This document shows, in pieces, positions 46,117-60,400 of a stretch of DNA of 64,000 nt. The notes below the pieces were generated by a model that was not told the DNA's origin, made no database searches, and saw only the letters and a list, made by a program, of their open reading frames with translations. Where the stretch lies: NCBI GenBank assembly GCA_017499595.2, contig CM039006.1:1-64000 (forward strand), given 5' to 3'. Each line of letters opens with the position of its first letter. Position 1 is the first letter of the stretch. This stretch comes from Psilocybe cubensis (Eukaryota). The translations under genes and the position numbers were made by a program.

Positions 46117-46390
46117 TAAAATGTCGGGTGAGATGGCAGCCCTGATATCAAAATCAATACAAAGTTTTGAATGCTCCATGTTGTGTATTGAACGACTTGG
46201 ACTATACTTACAACGATCTTTGATGGTCCCACAGGTAGTATCCGCACAGGAATCTTAAGTACTAGTAGATGGCTGATGGATACTATATAGATTGTAGATG
46301 TGTCGTCTGTTCAATTGGAAGATATAAAGAGGTTGTCAAAGTGCAGACTTGCATTGTGTTGACGTATTTTCAACTCCATCAGGATTCAGC

Positions 46391-48410
46391 ATGCCCTCCA
46401 TTCAGCTGAGTCAAGTGCTTTCTTTGTCCTCAATGGATTCAGAAGGTATCTTCGAGAGAGATGACCAGTCAAAAGCCCAACAAGCATATAGCGCTCTCTA
46501 TGCTGGGTGCTACATATCAGCTATGTGAAAAAAACATCTGTACCGTTTACAGCATTTTGAAGATACTAATATACCTGTGTTTTTCTTGCAGGTTGTATGG
46601 TCTGATCTCGTACCAGACGTTCAATTACTTCAACAAGTATGTAAAGGACCCGATCGTCATCCGTATCTCCGTAGGTAATCCGTACATGTCTCATTTTGAA
46701 TATTTGACGGACGTCCGACGCACTTTCAGGTGCTACTCATATGGTACGTGCAACCAGATGGCTCCAGATTCTTACCCAAGACTAACCGTTCAACAGGACG
46801 TTCAGCACCACAAGTGTAGTACTTAGCGGAGTTGGCTTCTTCAGAATGATTCAAAAGGCCATGACAAATCCAATCGGTGTTCTCAGCGACGGTTATTCAT
46901 GGTAAGCGTCTTGAGTATAGTTTTTCTCCGATTGTTTCTCAAGCAAGCTACACAGGATCTTCATAGTGAGCCTTACAGTTTCACCGTCATGTCTGCATCT
47001 GAATGGGGGTCACCTTGATAGGTACCTTTCATTGCATGGGTAGGTACCTCAACGGCTCGTTCATACTATTGATGTCCATGCTACACGATCAGATATTATG
47101 CGATAGCATCGTCAGAGGGTATGCATGACATTATTGATATGTGCAGGAGCTAATTGTGAACATAGACTATACTGTTACAAAATTTGGCTGTGTACGCTAC
47201 TTTCACATGACGATTTGGAACATATGTTGATTGCTAACACCTCTTTCCCCTTAGTGAGCGGCGGTAGCCGGGTCCTCACGGTGATATCGGTACGAGGCTT
47301 AACAAAAGACTGAAAATACCTACTGATTGCATATGCGGGACTGCAGATATTACCAAGTATCAGTGCAATAGTGGCGGGATTATGTCCGTGGTATTTCTCG
47401 ACGTGATGATAATTGACTAACACTGTCTATTTTTGAAATACAGATGCGTCATATTTGTCGTACGTGTATACAATGCTTGAACGGGCATTTTTTACATTGC
47501 GCTGTTATCTTAGTCATCGAGCAAATGGCATCGAAGCCATGAACATGACAGTGAGTTTGTAATAGCAAAACTCCATCTATAATAATTTCAGCTACATTTA
47601 TGATATTATCAATAATCAGGGACCACTGTACGCCACCCTAATTTCAATATTTGTAGCCGATTCAACTATTGCGGCTACTCTGTGCGTCCTTCTTTGGCAG
47701 AAGAAATCCCAAATCAAACGGTGCGTCATGAGAACTTGGTTTTTCCTTGTTTTCTGACATCATAGCAGAACAAGATGCATTGTGAAATCATTGACGTTCT
47801 ATGCCGTTGCTACAGGCATTCTTACAGTGCTGATAAACCTTACTACACTGCTCCTTGTAAGCCTCACCTTACAACACCGCATAACTTGATCACGCTAATG
47901 ACTTTCTCAGAAAATATTTATGAACGGTACCCCAGCATACGAAGGTCCATTATTTTTCCTCAGCAATGGTCCGTGTGTTTAACGTGCATATCATACTCTG
48001 ACTAATGTTATTCTGTCTGCTGTATACCTTTATATAGTTTATGCATGCAGTCTCCTCACCTCTCTTGATCGACGTGAACGTATGCTGACTGAAATTTGCC
48101 CATCCAAAGGACATATCAGTATTTCTCTCAACAGCAAAGACCAATCTTCCTCCAAAATCGAAATATCGCCGTATACAAAATGCAATAGAGATGGCGACTG
48201 CTGCCAGCCATCGACTGAGAATATACAGGCTCAGTGTGCCGAGAACGGAGACTGCGGGAAAGATCACTTCGATTATGTGAGTTTTAATTTGCTGACTTTT
48301 TTAATAGGCAAAACGCTGAAGCGATTTATCTCACGTAGGGGGATGTTCATATCAAGGTGGAGACACAAATCTTTCGGAGTTCACTTGACCACGAAGCTGC
48401 TTCAAAGTAG
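46391..48410 (+). CDS. Multi-exon fungal membrane protein gene, DUF6534-like; internal exon boundaries not fully resolved
   Basis: Exon translations ALYAGCYISA, LYGLISYQTFNYFNKYVKDP, VADSTIAATLCVLLWQKKSQIKR, FYAVATGILT and YACSLLTSLDRR separated by short GT-AG introns; family recognised from memory, not searched. Confidence 0.65.
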
Positions 48411-50000
48411 TCGATATAGTTTAAGTTGGTGCTGAAAGCAGGATTAAAAGCACACATTTATTTATGGAAGTGTCAGGAGGAATAGATACAAACGCAAAAG
48501 CAGTACAACGAATTTAAATCTACATTGGTGGAGGCTTTTTCTGTCATACACACACCTCGTGTGTGGCGTCACCCCTTCCGAGTCGGTGAATCTATCCTAA
48601 TTCAGATGAAAGCTATAGGGGGCTAATCTGACCAGAAACTATGTTAACGCACAAAATGTGAATATGAACTTCAACCATGGGATAAAGTTTCAATAGCTCG
48701 AGAAAGAAGTGTGGAAGGAATTTCGGGGCGGCGCATATATATCGTCGCTGTGACCCGTCCTTGCCTGTACATCAGGAGTCAAGCGGAGTTTGAATGCCGC
48801 GCCGCTGTGTTCTTTTTCCACTGCCATCTCCACTCAGCTCTACTGCGGTCACTCGAAGATGACGGTTTGAATGGAGGTGTTTCTCTATGTATTAGGGACA
48901 TTTAGGTGTTGACTTGCAGGAGGATTTCGGTGAGTGCTCTAATTTTCCTCTTCGTTGTTCTCGCATGGAACCGTGGAAATCACCATGACCCTCTCCCGTC
49001 CCTCTGCTATGGCTCGCACTGTCAATATCTACTCCAGCCACTTGAAAGAAAATGATTCGAACTGAAGGACCTCAGAAATGCAAGGGATCTGGTACCTCGT
49101 GAAACAGTACGACCATGGGGAGGGGACAATGGATTCATATGTCGATGAGGAGGAATTCGGTGCGTGTTTTGCATGCTCTTCATTTTTCTCGCATGGAACA
49201 AGAGAAATTATCATCAACTTCTCCCCTTCCTCTGCTATCGCTCGTACCCAGCACCGTCGCTTTTCCATTTAGCACTGCACTGGCGCACGCGAAACATCCA
49301 CGCCGCAACAGCTATACCAACTGACTCTCGGTATACTATGCGCAGCGCACTTGTGCATTTTGTAAAGCATCAGCGAAGTGGAATGGCAGGTCTAGGCGTC
49401 TCCCTTCATCCTCCAAATGCTCCGCGCATCTCTATTTGTTGAGACACGTCATCCACCACCTCTCGGGGCCTGCATGTTTGTGGGCGCATACACGCAGTAC
49501 TTATCTCACTCACCCCGGACGACGCAGTCATTTTCACCTCTGTACGTCTAATTCTAACTGTAATGGTGCAAATCTTTGAGCAATACAATTATAGTGCAAC
49601 GTACAACGGAGAGCGTATCTGCTTAGGCTCAATGTGATCACCCGCAACAAATGTGGCTCTGGGAGAGCACCGCTCAAGACCATTCACGCTTCGCACACTG
49701 GCACTCTCGGAAGGATACACGTCAACCATACCTAAGTTACAAACACCTGTTTGAGACCGCCTGAGCCTATATAAGCCGTTTTCTCCCTTTCCTGTACCTC
49801 GCAACCTACGTCGCATCTTGTTAACAACTCCGGGGCCCTGACCAGCACAATTTCAACGTGTTCTCGCCTCCTCAGCGAATAACCCACTGTTCAGTCATGT
49901 TCCGGTTCCTTCCTATCCACATCCCTCACCCGTGCCGCAAAATCAAAATGATAGTGACAACGCTCGCGCTCCCTGACGGTGAGTTCAACGCTAACAGGAG

Positions 50001-50100
50001 NNNNNNNNNNNNNNNNNNNNNNNNNNNNNNNNNNNNNNNNNNNNNNNNNNNNNNNNNNNNNNNNNNNNNNNNNNNNNNNNNNNNNNNNNNNNNNNNNNNN
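50001..50100. other. Assembly gap (100 N)
   Basis: Run of N. Confidence 1.
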
Positions 50101-53100
50101 GGCCGATACATTTCTCCCTTACTCACAGCGCGCAAAACGACTTTATCGAGGTGAATTTTAATTTCCAATATCCATCCGCATTTAATCTGTGAAATGCGCG
50201 TACATATGATCTAATATAATGAATGTTTTGACCCGCTTTGAAAATTTCCGTCAAATTGCGCATATATGCACATAATAGGGTGTATCGTGTCTCCTCCATT
50301 ATTTCAGGTTTGCGTGCATGCTATGAAAACTGCCATATAGTTTGAGGACAATACCTTATGTCGTCATCCCACCTCCGTTTTCCGGGTTTTCTCACTGCCA
50401 TGCCACCTGTTCTGAAAGACAAGCCGCCCACTCATAAGATTCAGCGTCTAGCAATTGTCAATCCGAGATACAAGTCAGCTCTGTCCTAATTCAAGGTATA
50501 TCTCACTTCCACTTCGCTTTTCATATCGTACCCACACAAATGATGCATTGCGGGGAAACTCAGAACACCGATACTGAGAATTAAATTACTCTTCGAATGA
50601 TTCACTCAAGATCTTAAGAAGGATCGGTCTCAGGGAAGAAAGAAAAGATTAAATATTATAATTATAATGGACGCCTGTGAGTGTTATGTATGGGTCTCTT
50701 TTGTCGTATTCCACTTCACTTCCTCCTTCTGACAGCACATACTCAACTCGATTGTGTATACACTGAAATCCAGTAGGTTTGTCAGTATTGATGTCGACTC
50801 ACACCGCATCCATGGTGTCAGTGTGTGACGCTCTGTGAGTCCTTCTCTTATTTTTCAATATCTATACATTAATATCACTGCTATTACACCTCCACACACC
50901 GGGGAGAAATGGTAATGGCCCTGTTCCAAACACACATTGCGCACGCTTTCACGAAGACTGTTGTGGAGGTGATCAGGTTTCAGGGCGAACAGAGCTGCAA
51001 AAATTATTCTATGTGTGTTTGCAGTTCTAAAATTGATTACTGCCCTTGTTAACCTGAAAGGCACACTTCCCAGCTGCTAAAATCCATCTCCTCCTCAATC
51101 TACTCGCATAGTACAACACCATTGACACAAACACGCACACGTGTGTTAAAAGGCACAAGTTCTCGCCCAACTTGGAGTTACCACCCACCGTGACCTCATT
51201 TCTCCTTCATCCCTTCGTCCGCTTCACTACTCCTTTACCCTGGATATTTTCACAACCCAGCCCTCCCAGCCTCCGACGCAGTATTATGTCGCTATCATTC
51301 TGCATCTCTGCTCCTCCTCGTGGTCATCGTCGAAGTTCAACATCCCCGCGCTACGCTCCACGCTCCCAGCACTTCATCCTTCTGGTCCGGAGGCAGCTTG
51401 TCGATGAGCATGAATGGCGTGTTATTCTAATAATATTATACCCTCTACAGCTGTCGTATGCTCCTATCTTCATCATTCCATTTCATATCATCCTTTATTT
51501 TGTTTTGCAATGTTAATTTACGCTCTTTGATACTAATATCTTCCTAGGAATAAGTAATTTTCATGTCGCTCGTACAAGGACAACGGTACTGCCGCGCTCA
51601 TTGTTGATGCCGTATAATTAATTTCTGACGTCAAAGTCAATGAAGATGCGAATGTCATTGAAGGGGTGTGATGGGGTGGTTTGTTTGCATTTGCGTTCGC
51701 GAGAGTGAGAGTGAGGGTCAGGGCGGTGCTCAAGTCCACCGTGACCGATTGAGCTTTCACTGTCCCAGCCCTATACTGTACTTTCCAATTGTAAAAATTG
51801 AGATTATTGGTAATACACATATCCAAGACACTGTGTTATCATTTACGTCCCTCCTCTTACCGTCCAACTGTCGATGTTGATCACAAAACCATGAACACGA
51901 AGTGCCGAAAGGCCGTTCGCAGCTATATGTCCCACGGTCACCGTGCGTCTTGCTTATCTCGGAGATATTAGGTCAATGAAAACCAAGGTGTTATCTGATC
52001 TCTTATCTTGCTCTAGGGCGATGTTGCCTTTATGTTATCCCACATACATCATGACAGTGTTAAAAAGTACTCAAACTTGTCAAGATATTCAATGTCTCCC
52101 AAGGTATTTGTATACTTTTTAGTTTTATTAGTTGCTAACTAGATTCTGTAGGCTAGCATCAAACCGAAGTACTACCCTAGAGCCTCCTATGGCCCTTGTG
52201 TGGGCCTCATCACCTGGAAGGTGACACCCCCTTCCTTCTTTCGGTGACGCTCACGCTTTTCTATCACCAGACGCCCCTCGGAGAACCCGTCAGCGAGACA
52301 GCGCGGTCGCGCTGGCTGCACCTGCGGCCTCATTGCGGGCTTCAGGGTCGCTGCAACCCTGCCTTCTCCCTCTTTGGTCTGCACAGGGTCCTGTAGAGAC
52401 CCTGTCCTCGGGCGTTTGGCGGTAGAAGCGGATTTGCCTCTGCATCAGAGATGGAAGGGAGGAGATAGATGTTAGACATTGAGAGGATTGGTAAAAGGTG
52501 CGTTTGTACATACCTATCTCGGTCTGCCGTCGACAACCTTCGCTTCCTGGAGTGTCTGGAAGCGTTGGTGACTCGGCTAATTTTGCAAGACAAAGTCAGT
52601 TCTGCTGACGTGTTCATTCACTACGTGAAGGAAGGCTCTTACCTTTTGCCACCCTTTGTCGTTGAGGGACGGTCAACCATCCTAAAAATTGGCAAAACAC
52701 ATCATATCAGTTCCACTCTGAAGATGAGAAAAGAAAGCATGTTATAATACCCTCCATCAGTGTGTACAAGCCTAGCGAGAGGCTCGACGGGGTCGACCCC
52801 GGAGCTCTCTTCCCGGTTTAAATCCATCTGCATGGATTCAGTATAGCATTTTTTCTTTTCTCCGGCGCTGGAGTGAGAAATGCTGGTAAGATTTCCTGCG
52901 AGGTTATCGGGCCTCCCACTTCGATAGTATGGAACGAGTTGCTCAACGCTCGAAAGCATTGGGTGGTGCAACACCTTTTGCGATTCAAAACCCTCGGATG
53001 CTGTAACATTCATTTCAGCGATCTTCAGCATTAGAAAAATCTGAGAGCATAACTAACCACGAGCTTTCAGAGCTCCCAGACCCCTATCATTGACGTGCAT

Positions 53101-56100
53101 TGGCACACGTGTAATTGGCTCAGGTGTACTGCGCCAAATTCCTCCATGAGCAATGTCAATATATTGACATTGCTGTGTAGCTTCCTGGCCATCTCCCAAT
53201 GAAGATACTTTTGGGGTGAAATGATAATTCGCAAGTCTGACCACCTATATCAGTTTGAATTTACATTCTATTGCAAGTTCGGACGTACTCATTATATTGG
53301 CCCCCAGACGTATCCACTCGCTGATTACCGGCCGTTTTAGATTGGTATCTGCATATTGATGCCTCAAGAGAGGTGAGTGGGTGGCTTGGATCCCTGAAGA
53401 AATCCTCAGAGATGTTGGCGGTCAGCCTGGCGGTTTGTAGAGAGGCTGTGCTATCGTCTTGCGCATATGACGATTTCACATCTATAGAGGGGAACGTCGA
53501 TAGCGACGATCCGGAAAATACTGCTCAAGAGTATATTGTTAGCTTGAAGTTGCGAGCGTGGAGTACCTCGGTTCTTACAGTGAATATTCTCAAAAGGTTG
53601 AGAAGGATAATATGGCTGAGACCGGACCGCCTCAGGCTCCTGGTGAAGTCGAAGGTGTGACGATGACTCTGGTGTCAGTTGAGCACAGTCTTGCGGAAAC
53701 GACTGAGCGAGTGAGCTGTAAAATGGTGTGTGTGAATTGGAGGCCCCAGTATGCACATTTGACGTCCAATTGAATCTTTCTGCTTAATTTACGGTCAGCG
53801 TCAAATTTCGAATGCAGATTATCCCGTAACTTACTATGCATGTTGGCCAGAATTGGAAAAGAAGAGGAAGAGGAAGTTGCGATATGCTCGACGGGCATAT
53901 CGAAGTCGCTTGAACATGAGGGCATGGTATTTGGAGGGCTGCCGACGCTGACCGGAAGACCATCTGTCAGGGGATAGCCATCAGATAGTTGTTGGGTATT
54001 GTCTAAGCAGCAGTGGAAAAATCGATAAGAAATTCAACTTTATAGAGGGGAGTGTACTCACCGACCCATAAGTCAGGGAATAAAAGATCATGGCCCAAAG
54101 AATAATCAAAAAAGCCATAATCGTACGTATTGCTGGAATCCATTTTTGTGTTGGATTTACTGGCTTGGGGTAGCGATGTATATGTGGGAGGAGGGAGAGA
54201 ATGGTTTATCACAAATCGAACAATGAAGGGTTATTTCTCATGTTTTCGGCCTTGTAAGGCTAGTGTACAATGAATTCTCCAACTCCTCGTGTGTAAATTG
54301 ACCCACCTCTTTTAGGAAAAAAAACAATCTTCCTGTGAATACACACACTCGGCGTGGTTCTATGCTTACAGCCGCATCATTTCCATGACGTGCCCAGAGA
54401 AATGACCCGTCATCCACCTCATGTTCTATTTCTACCACAGAAACTGTGATTGGTTAATATGACATTTCTCCCAGGACTATTTTTAATACATCACGGCAGG
54501 TTACATCGAGGTTGATGTTTCTGCCTCGCGTTCAACCTATTAGTTGGACCTTAAATCATTTATATGGAAGAAAGGTGAGAGGCGGACGGGACACCCTCCA
54601 TACGCATGTGTTCATTAACAATAATGATTATGACGCAAAGAAACACTGGAAAAAGGATCGAAACAGCTTTAAACGACTTACTTTCCCTTTGCTTCCTAGT
54701 GTAGCCCAGAAGGTTCATCCATATACATGTGTTCATTAACAATATAAATTCAGTGCAGCTGGAATGATTTGGGAGAAAACTGCAGGTGCGTCAGGGTATG
54801 AGAGACATATAGCATCAGGTGTATCCGTCGTAGGGTTATACTCTCATGAGTACTCACTCTCCTAATCTATACTGCTACCCAGTAGGTAACATATGCAAGC
54901 AACCATTGTTCACTAGCCATAGCACACATGAACAGCTGTTGATAACCCAACAATCTCTCCTTTCCCACTTGAGCGGCGTCAGGAGAGGTGAGGAGCATTA
55001 CAGAACATGTCCCATCGTTCCTTCCACACAACCGCTGACGTATGATTCACTACACGTCCCGCTATCCTACATCGTATGTACCCCCTCTCAACCTTCCATC
55101 GACCTCCCAAAACCAAGGCATTTGCAGGTGTGAGAACAAGCTACTGGAAAAAGGTAGCCCCGACAGGCGTTGTGGGTCTGATGGATGAAACAGACGAGCT
55201 GTGATAGGAATTGCATGTTGTTGATGTGTCTGAGATCACCATGGTCGAAAGCTCAAAAGAGGTCGCCCAAGTAGCAGCACGAATACAAAGAGCGAGACTA
55301 CATCTTACGAGAGCCCCAAGAGTTTACAAGGAACTGAACACAAAGTAGTCCCCACAGATCGAAGTACGCGCCGCAGGCGCATATATGTATCCAGGGTTAC
55401 CAATGAACGCACAAATGTGGCATATATAAGTACCAGCATAATATCCGCGTGTCTCCTAAGCAGAACCTTTATAAGCAGCAGCGGTAAAAAAAGCTGAGAA
55501 GTTGCATCGTAGCATCTAGCCAGCCGTCTATCGGTCCATTGATTAGCGCGCTACAAACGGCACAAACCCCAGATTATGGCCTCCGTGTGACATCTTGACC
55601 CCCAAGGATAGACTCCCGCAGCTCGCCTCTATACACCAGGAGTATTCCAAAGCCACGCAGAAGAGCATGAACGCATAGAAAGCAAGTAAAGACACTCTGC
55701 GCCATTTCATTGAGAATTTTGTTACAGATTGATTGATCAGGAGACAAACTCTCCGAACGAGCAGTTTACACGCTTTATTTGGGCAGGTGTGGAACAGATG
55801 GATTTAAGCGTCAGCGTCGGTGTACCCAGAACTGTCAGCTTGCGTGACAATTTTGGCGCACATATAACAAAGGAGGTGGGGGCGGGTCGTCAGCCAGGGA
55901 TTATAAATTGAAGCTATGAGTAGTAAGAATGGATATGGCGCATAAAATACTGGAAAAAGACTCGAAAAGCTTTGAACAACTTACTTTCGCATCGTTTCCC
56001 GATGTCGCCCAGAAGGTGCCCCCACGCACTTGCTGAAGCTGCACAAAATCCTTTTATTTGCTCACAATAAAACATTATCATGCAGAACCTTTCATTCATC

Positions 56101-56789
56101 ATAATCTCCAAAGAAGTATGTGATTCTCATGATTATCCCATGCGCCATTCACGACAGAGCTCACTATATCATGTGTTATTTGCGCTTCGATTCTCGCTAT
56201 CTCTTTGACTGACTAACGATCTAAATGTTTTTTTACAAAGGCAATATCAATCGCCTTTTGGACGCTATCTCATCAACTAAACAGACAGTAGATTACAATG
56301 CAATGTAAACCAATACAATAATTTTTTAGTCTTACAAATCCACCCAATTTTCGGGGCCCGGTTTACAATGTAAAGCAAAAGTTTTATTAGGTTAGAAAGT
56401 GGTCATAATTATTCAATTTAAATTTTTATTCATTTGAGTAAGTAGTAGGGACATGTTGGCATCTCACCCCATTTATGGGTTGTTGGGGCAATGTGTGTAC
56501 ATTGAAAGTGCATGCAATATCAGACTAGTGTGCATGCACGTTCTCCTTCCCCACCTGCAGACCAGTGCAGCGTGCCAAGGATGGGGTGCTGATACCCATC
56601 AGACGATTATAAAAATGAAAAAGGTAAACACTTGAGGAGTAAGAAGACGGTTGGGGAGGGCATCTGGAGGCGCGCGCCGAGAGTGTGCAGGAGACTGGTG
56701 GCAAATGCGGCTGCGCAGTCTTGTAAGTGTGCGTTGGCGAGCTAGAGACGGGTAAATAGAATGTTATAGAATCAAGTTAGTAAACAACT

Positions 56790-57486
56790 CTTCTCAGAAA
56801 GCAGGATGAAGGGCTTCTTGAACTCGACGCGTTGGGACTTGGTGTTGGTGATGAAGTAGGGTGAGATGTAACCACGGTCGAAGCGCATACCCTCGGTGAT
56901 CTCAATTTCGTCCTCAATTGTCTTTCCCTCCTTCACAGTGATCACACCCTCCTTTCCGACCTTCTACATTGCCTGAGCAATCAATCCTCCAACGTGGGCG
57001 TCACCGTTTGCGGAAATAGTGGCTACCTGTGCGATTTCGGCGGTTGTCATGATAGTTTTGGCGTGTGCAGAGAGGAAAGAGACAACGCGGTCGACGGCGG
57101 CCTGAGACCCACGGCGCAGGTCCATGGAGTTGCATCCAGCTGCAACGTTCTTGACACCTTCTGAGTAGATGGCACGCGCAAGAACAGTGGCGGTTGTCGT
57201 GCCGTCTCCAGCAATCTCGTTTGTTTTCAATGCAACATCTTGAATCAGGCTGAACAAATCTACTTAGCGCTTTGCACGAAAACAACAAAAATGAAAAGAA
57301 GTACCGAGCGCCCAGGTTCTCAAACTTGTCTTTGAGAGTTATAGACTTTGCAACCGTCACACCGTCTACTGACAACCAGACCATCGTCAGCAAACAAGCT
57401 GCCTCTCCCAGAACCACGGAACACGCACCCTTAGTGATTTTTGGTCCACCGTACGCCTGCTCAATGATCACATTGCGACCCTTGGT
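56790..57486 (-). pseudogene. HSP60: Mitochondrial-type chaperonin 60 (GroEL family) gene fragment
   Basis: [83 protein letters not shown]; two short introns kept; in-frame TAG at 56964-56966; both ends of the gene missing. Confidence 0.9.
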
Positions 57487-60400
57487 CCAAGTGTCGCACA
57501 TCGACGCAACTATCCGAGCTATGTGAAATAGGTGCCAGTGGTTTTGACTTGGACTCAGACTCGGAGATGTTTGTCAAACACGATCAGCAGATGTCGGAGC
57601 TTCAAAATCAAATCAAGCGGAGCCTGAACTCACTTGAAGTCCCGTTGCAAGCAAATGATCACGTCCACTTTGTTTACTTTCTTCCAACCACCACCATCCT
57701 CTGCCCACGGATATACCTGGGGGCAAGGTACGTGTATTCATTGTGATGTCTCCTTCTCAAACTAACATCATACAGACCTTCCTTTAACCAAAACAAGTTA
57801 GTAGATTATACTTTTTTGGTGAGTAATAGATGATTCTCACTCGGTGCTCATCAGTACTCACCACATACTAGGACCAACTATCTTGAACACTTGGGATGAA
57901 GGGTCAGTATTTTAGTCTCTATTTAGTGTGCTTTTCACTACTAACATTACTTGTGGAAGGTCCCGGACAACCAGACACTTGGATACAGACTTGAAAGCAT
58001 GTACATGTAAGTATATGCGCTTTTTATTGGTTTTTGATTCATTTTTTGATGCATATATTTTGCTCCTCCTTTTCCCGTACCACTTCAGCTGTTCCGAATG
58101 CTTGAAGCTGCCTTTTTCCGTGCGTCTTCACCATTCACACCTTCTTTGTGTCATTGAGTATAGGAATTGTCAGCTTCAGGTTCTGTTTTGGTGTTGAGGG
58201 TCTGGAGCCGTGCACGCTAGCATGTGGGTTCAATGTGTCTTGCATATATAGTTGTACTATTTTTATGAATAAATAATCTATTTTTCATTATGATTTTTGT
58301 GTGCTCCAAAAGGCATTACAATTGCAATACCCAAAAATATTGTAAACCTCAAAATATTTTATTCATGCTGCAATATTTCCGTTTTCTTACAACATTTCAA
58401 GAGCGTTGTAACGCAGTGCGAGAATTTTGAAGAAAAAAATATTTTATTGGGTTTACAATGCTTTGTAATCTACCCGCACTTTTTATGATGCTGACAACAA
58501 AATTGACTCTGAAACGTATCCTACCTTTGTTTATCAAGCAATCCATTCTATTCCTTTGTCTTACGTCTTGCTGGCGTTGTTAAATCTGGGTGAAGACCGA
58601 ACAAAGACAAGTCTTTTTCAATCTCCTCTCGAAACCACTCTGATCGCGAGTTCTTCCTTTTCTCACGCTCTCGTCCCTTTGTGTTCAATCGTTCAGACTC
58701 CATGGGCACTCTTGGCTTATTACTTTATCTGAGATTCGCGTTCGCTAAAGGCCAATCTTGGGAGAAGAGGATTCGATGACGCATCATGGCATGGTTACAA
58801 GTGCGTAAACCACTGTCTCATTTTCGGCGCCACATAATGATTCGACATTACTTTCTGACGCTTGGTTCCCTTTGGCCTCCTTCCCTTCCTCTTTCTAATC
58901 AATGGACGACAACTCACATGGAGAGGGGCTACAAATCTGTGACAGGTCTTCAACCGTCCGGACATGTTCAACGGACAAACGTCAGGAGTTAGATGCGGCG
59001 CGTGGAACACAGACTTGGTAATTCAAGTGGTTTGCTTTCAGTCCCCCTTGCACTATCACCTTCCGAGGAGGCTCACGCACAGCAATGGTATCTCTATTTT
59101 CACGCCCTTCCCTTCTTTATTACTGTCTACACCTCCAATTGAGTTCTCCGCGTCATCAATGCTGCTTTCACTCCACTAAATTGACCCCCTCCTCCAGGCC
59201 TCCAGACCTTTCGATTACCTTCCTGTCATCCTGGGTACGACCTCCCTATTCAAAATCCTGGCCTCTAAGTCGGACCGACGGCACCGTTCCCGACCTTTCC
59301 TTGACGTTGATGCGCACCCACCTCTAGCCGATGTACCGTAAACTCGCACTAGCAACGTATAAAACATAGTGAAAACTGACAGGAGATTGGCGGTACATCG
59401 CGGAACGGTTAGAGGTGCGTAATCAATACTGTATCTGCATCTCGGACTCCTAATGATTCGTTTTGTCACCAGATTCCCACTCAGTGCTCACCTTCACCCA
59501 CCGTTGGCTAAGGCTCCGTCACCATGAAACGATTCTGTAATATCCCACCGGCTGAAATCGAGCACGGAAACGAGTGTGAGGTGTCTAATCACGAAAAGGA
59601 CGGGGAGAATACACCCTTGGTAAGTGCACCGTATTGGATCGACCATGTCTTGTAATCTTCTTGCGCAATGAAATGATTTCTCTCGAACTCTCCCCTCAGT
59701 TTCACTTTCACCCGCTGCCCATATTCCTGGTGTGCGCTTTAGCAATGAAAGGTTTTTGGTATGTCGCATGGTGCCGTTGCAATTTCACATTAATATCTCC
59801 CCAGGGACCAGAAACACTCACACTCCCGCATATAATCGCCCCACCTCGTCATTCAGATTAATTCAAAGTCCGGCCACTTTGGTTCGATTCCATGGGCTTG
59901 AAAGCCCTCGGAGAATACAGAAAAGAGTATACTGATTTCTCGCACATTACCCACAGGGATTGTTCAAAATATAGATGTTCGATGACTAAGTAACATATGT
60001 TTGTTCTCTGTTTTTTAAGACAAGTTTTGTATCAAACTAACCTACGCTCTCCTCTCTCCCATCCAGGTACTTCACATTCCCCACTGCATACCACTGATAA
60101 GTATCACGCACCATACTCCTGCGCGGATCCTCCAGAGAAATCACAGACGAAAGCGCCGGGAATTTATGCAGACGCCCTCTTTGTCTTTTTGGGAAGCGGT
60201 GCAATTGAATTGGATATGAGCTCCTGGCGCTCTCGAGCTCGCAAATAGGGTGGGCAGGTCGGGAAAAGGTTAGCAGTCCGCTACGTTCTGTGCGGTCGCA
60301 TATATACTCAATTTCATCCCACGCGTCTTGATTGGGCGTCACGATGATGGGGTTGGGAACGTCTTCTGGCGTTGACGGAGTGGTGGTTGCGTTTGGATAT

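Noticed and set aside
50101-56700. Scattered short ORFs, possible decayed genes near 52100-54200
   Set aside because: No recognisable domain or consistent exon chain by eye; needs a homology search.
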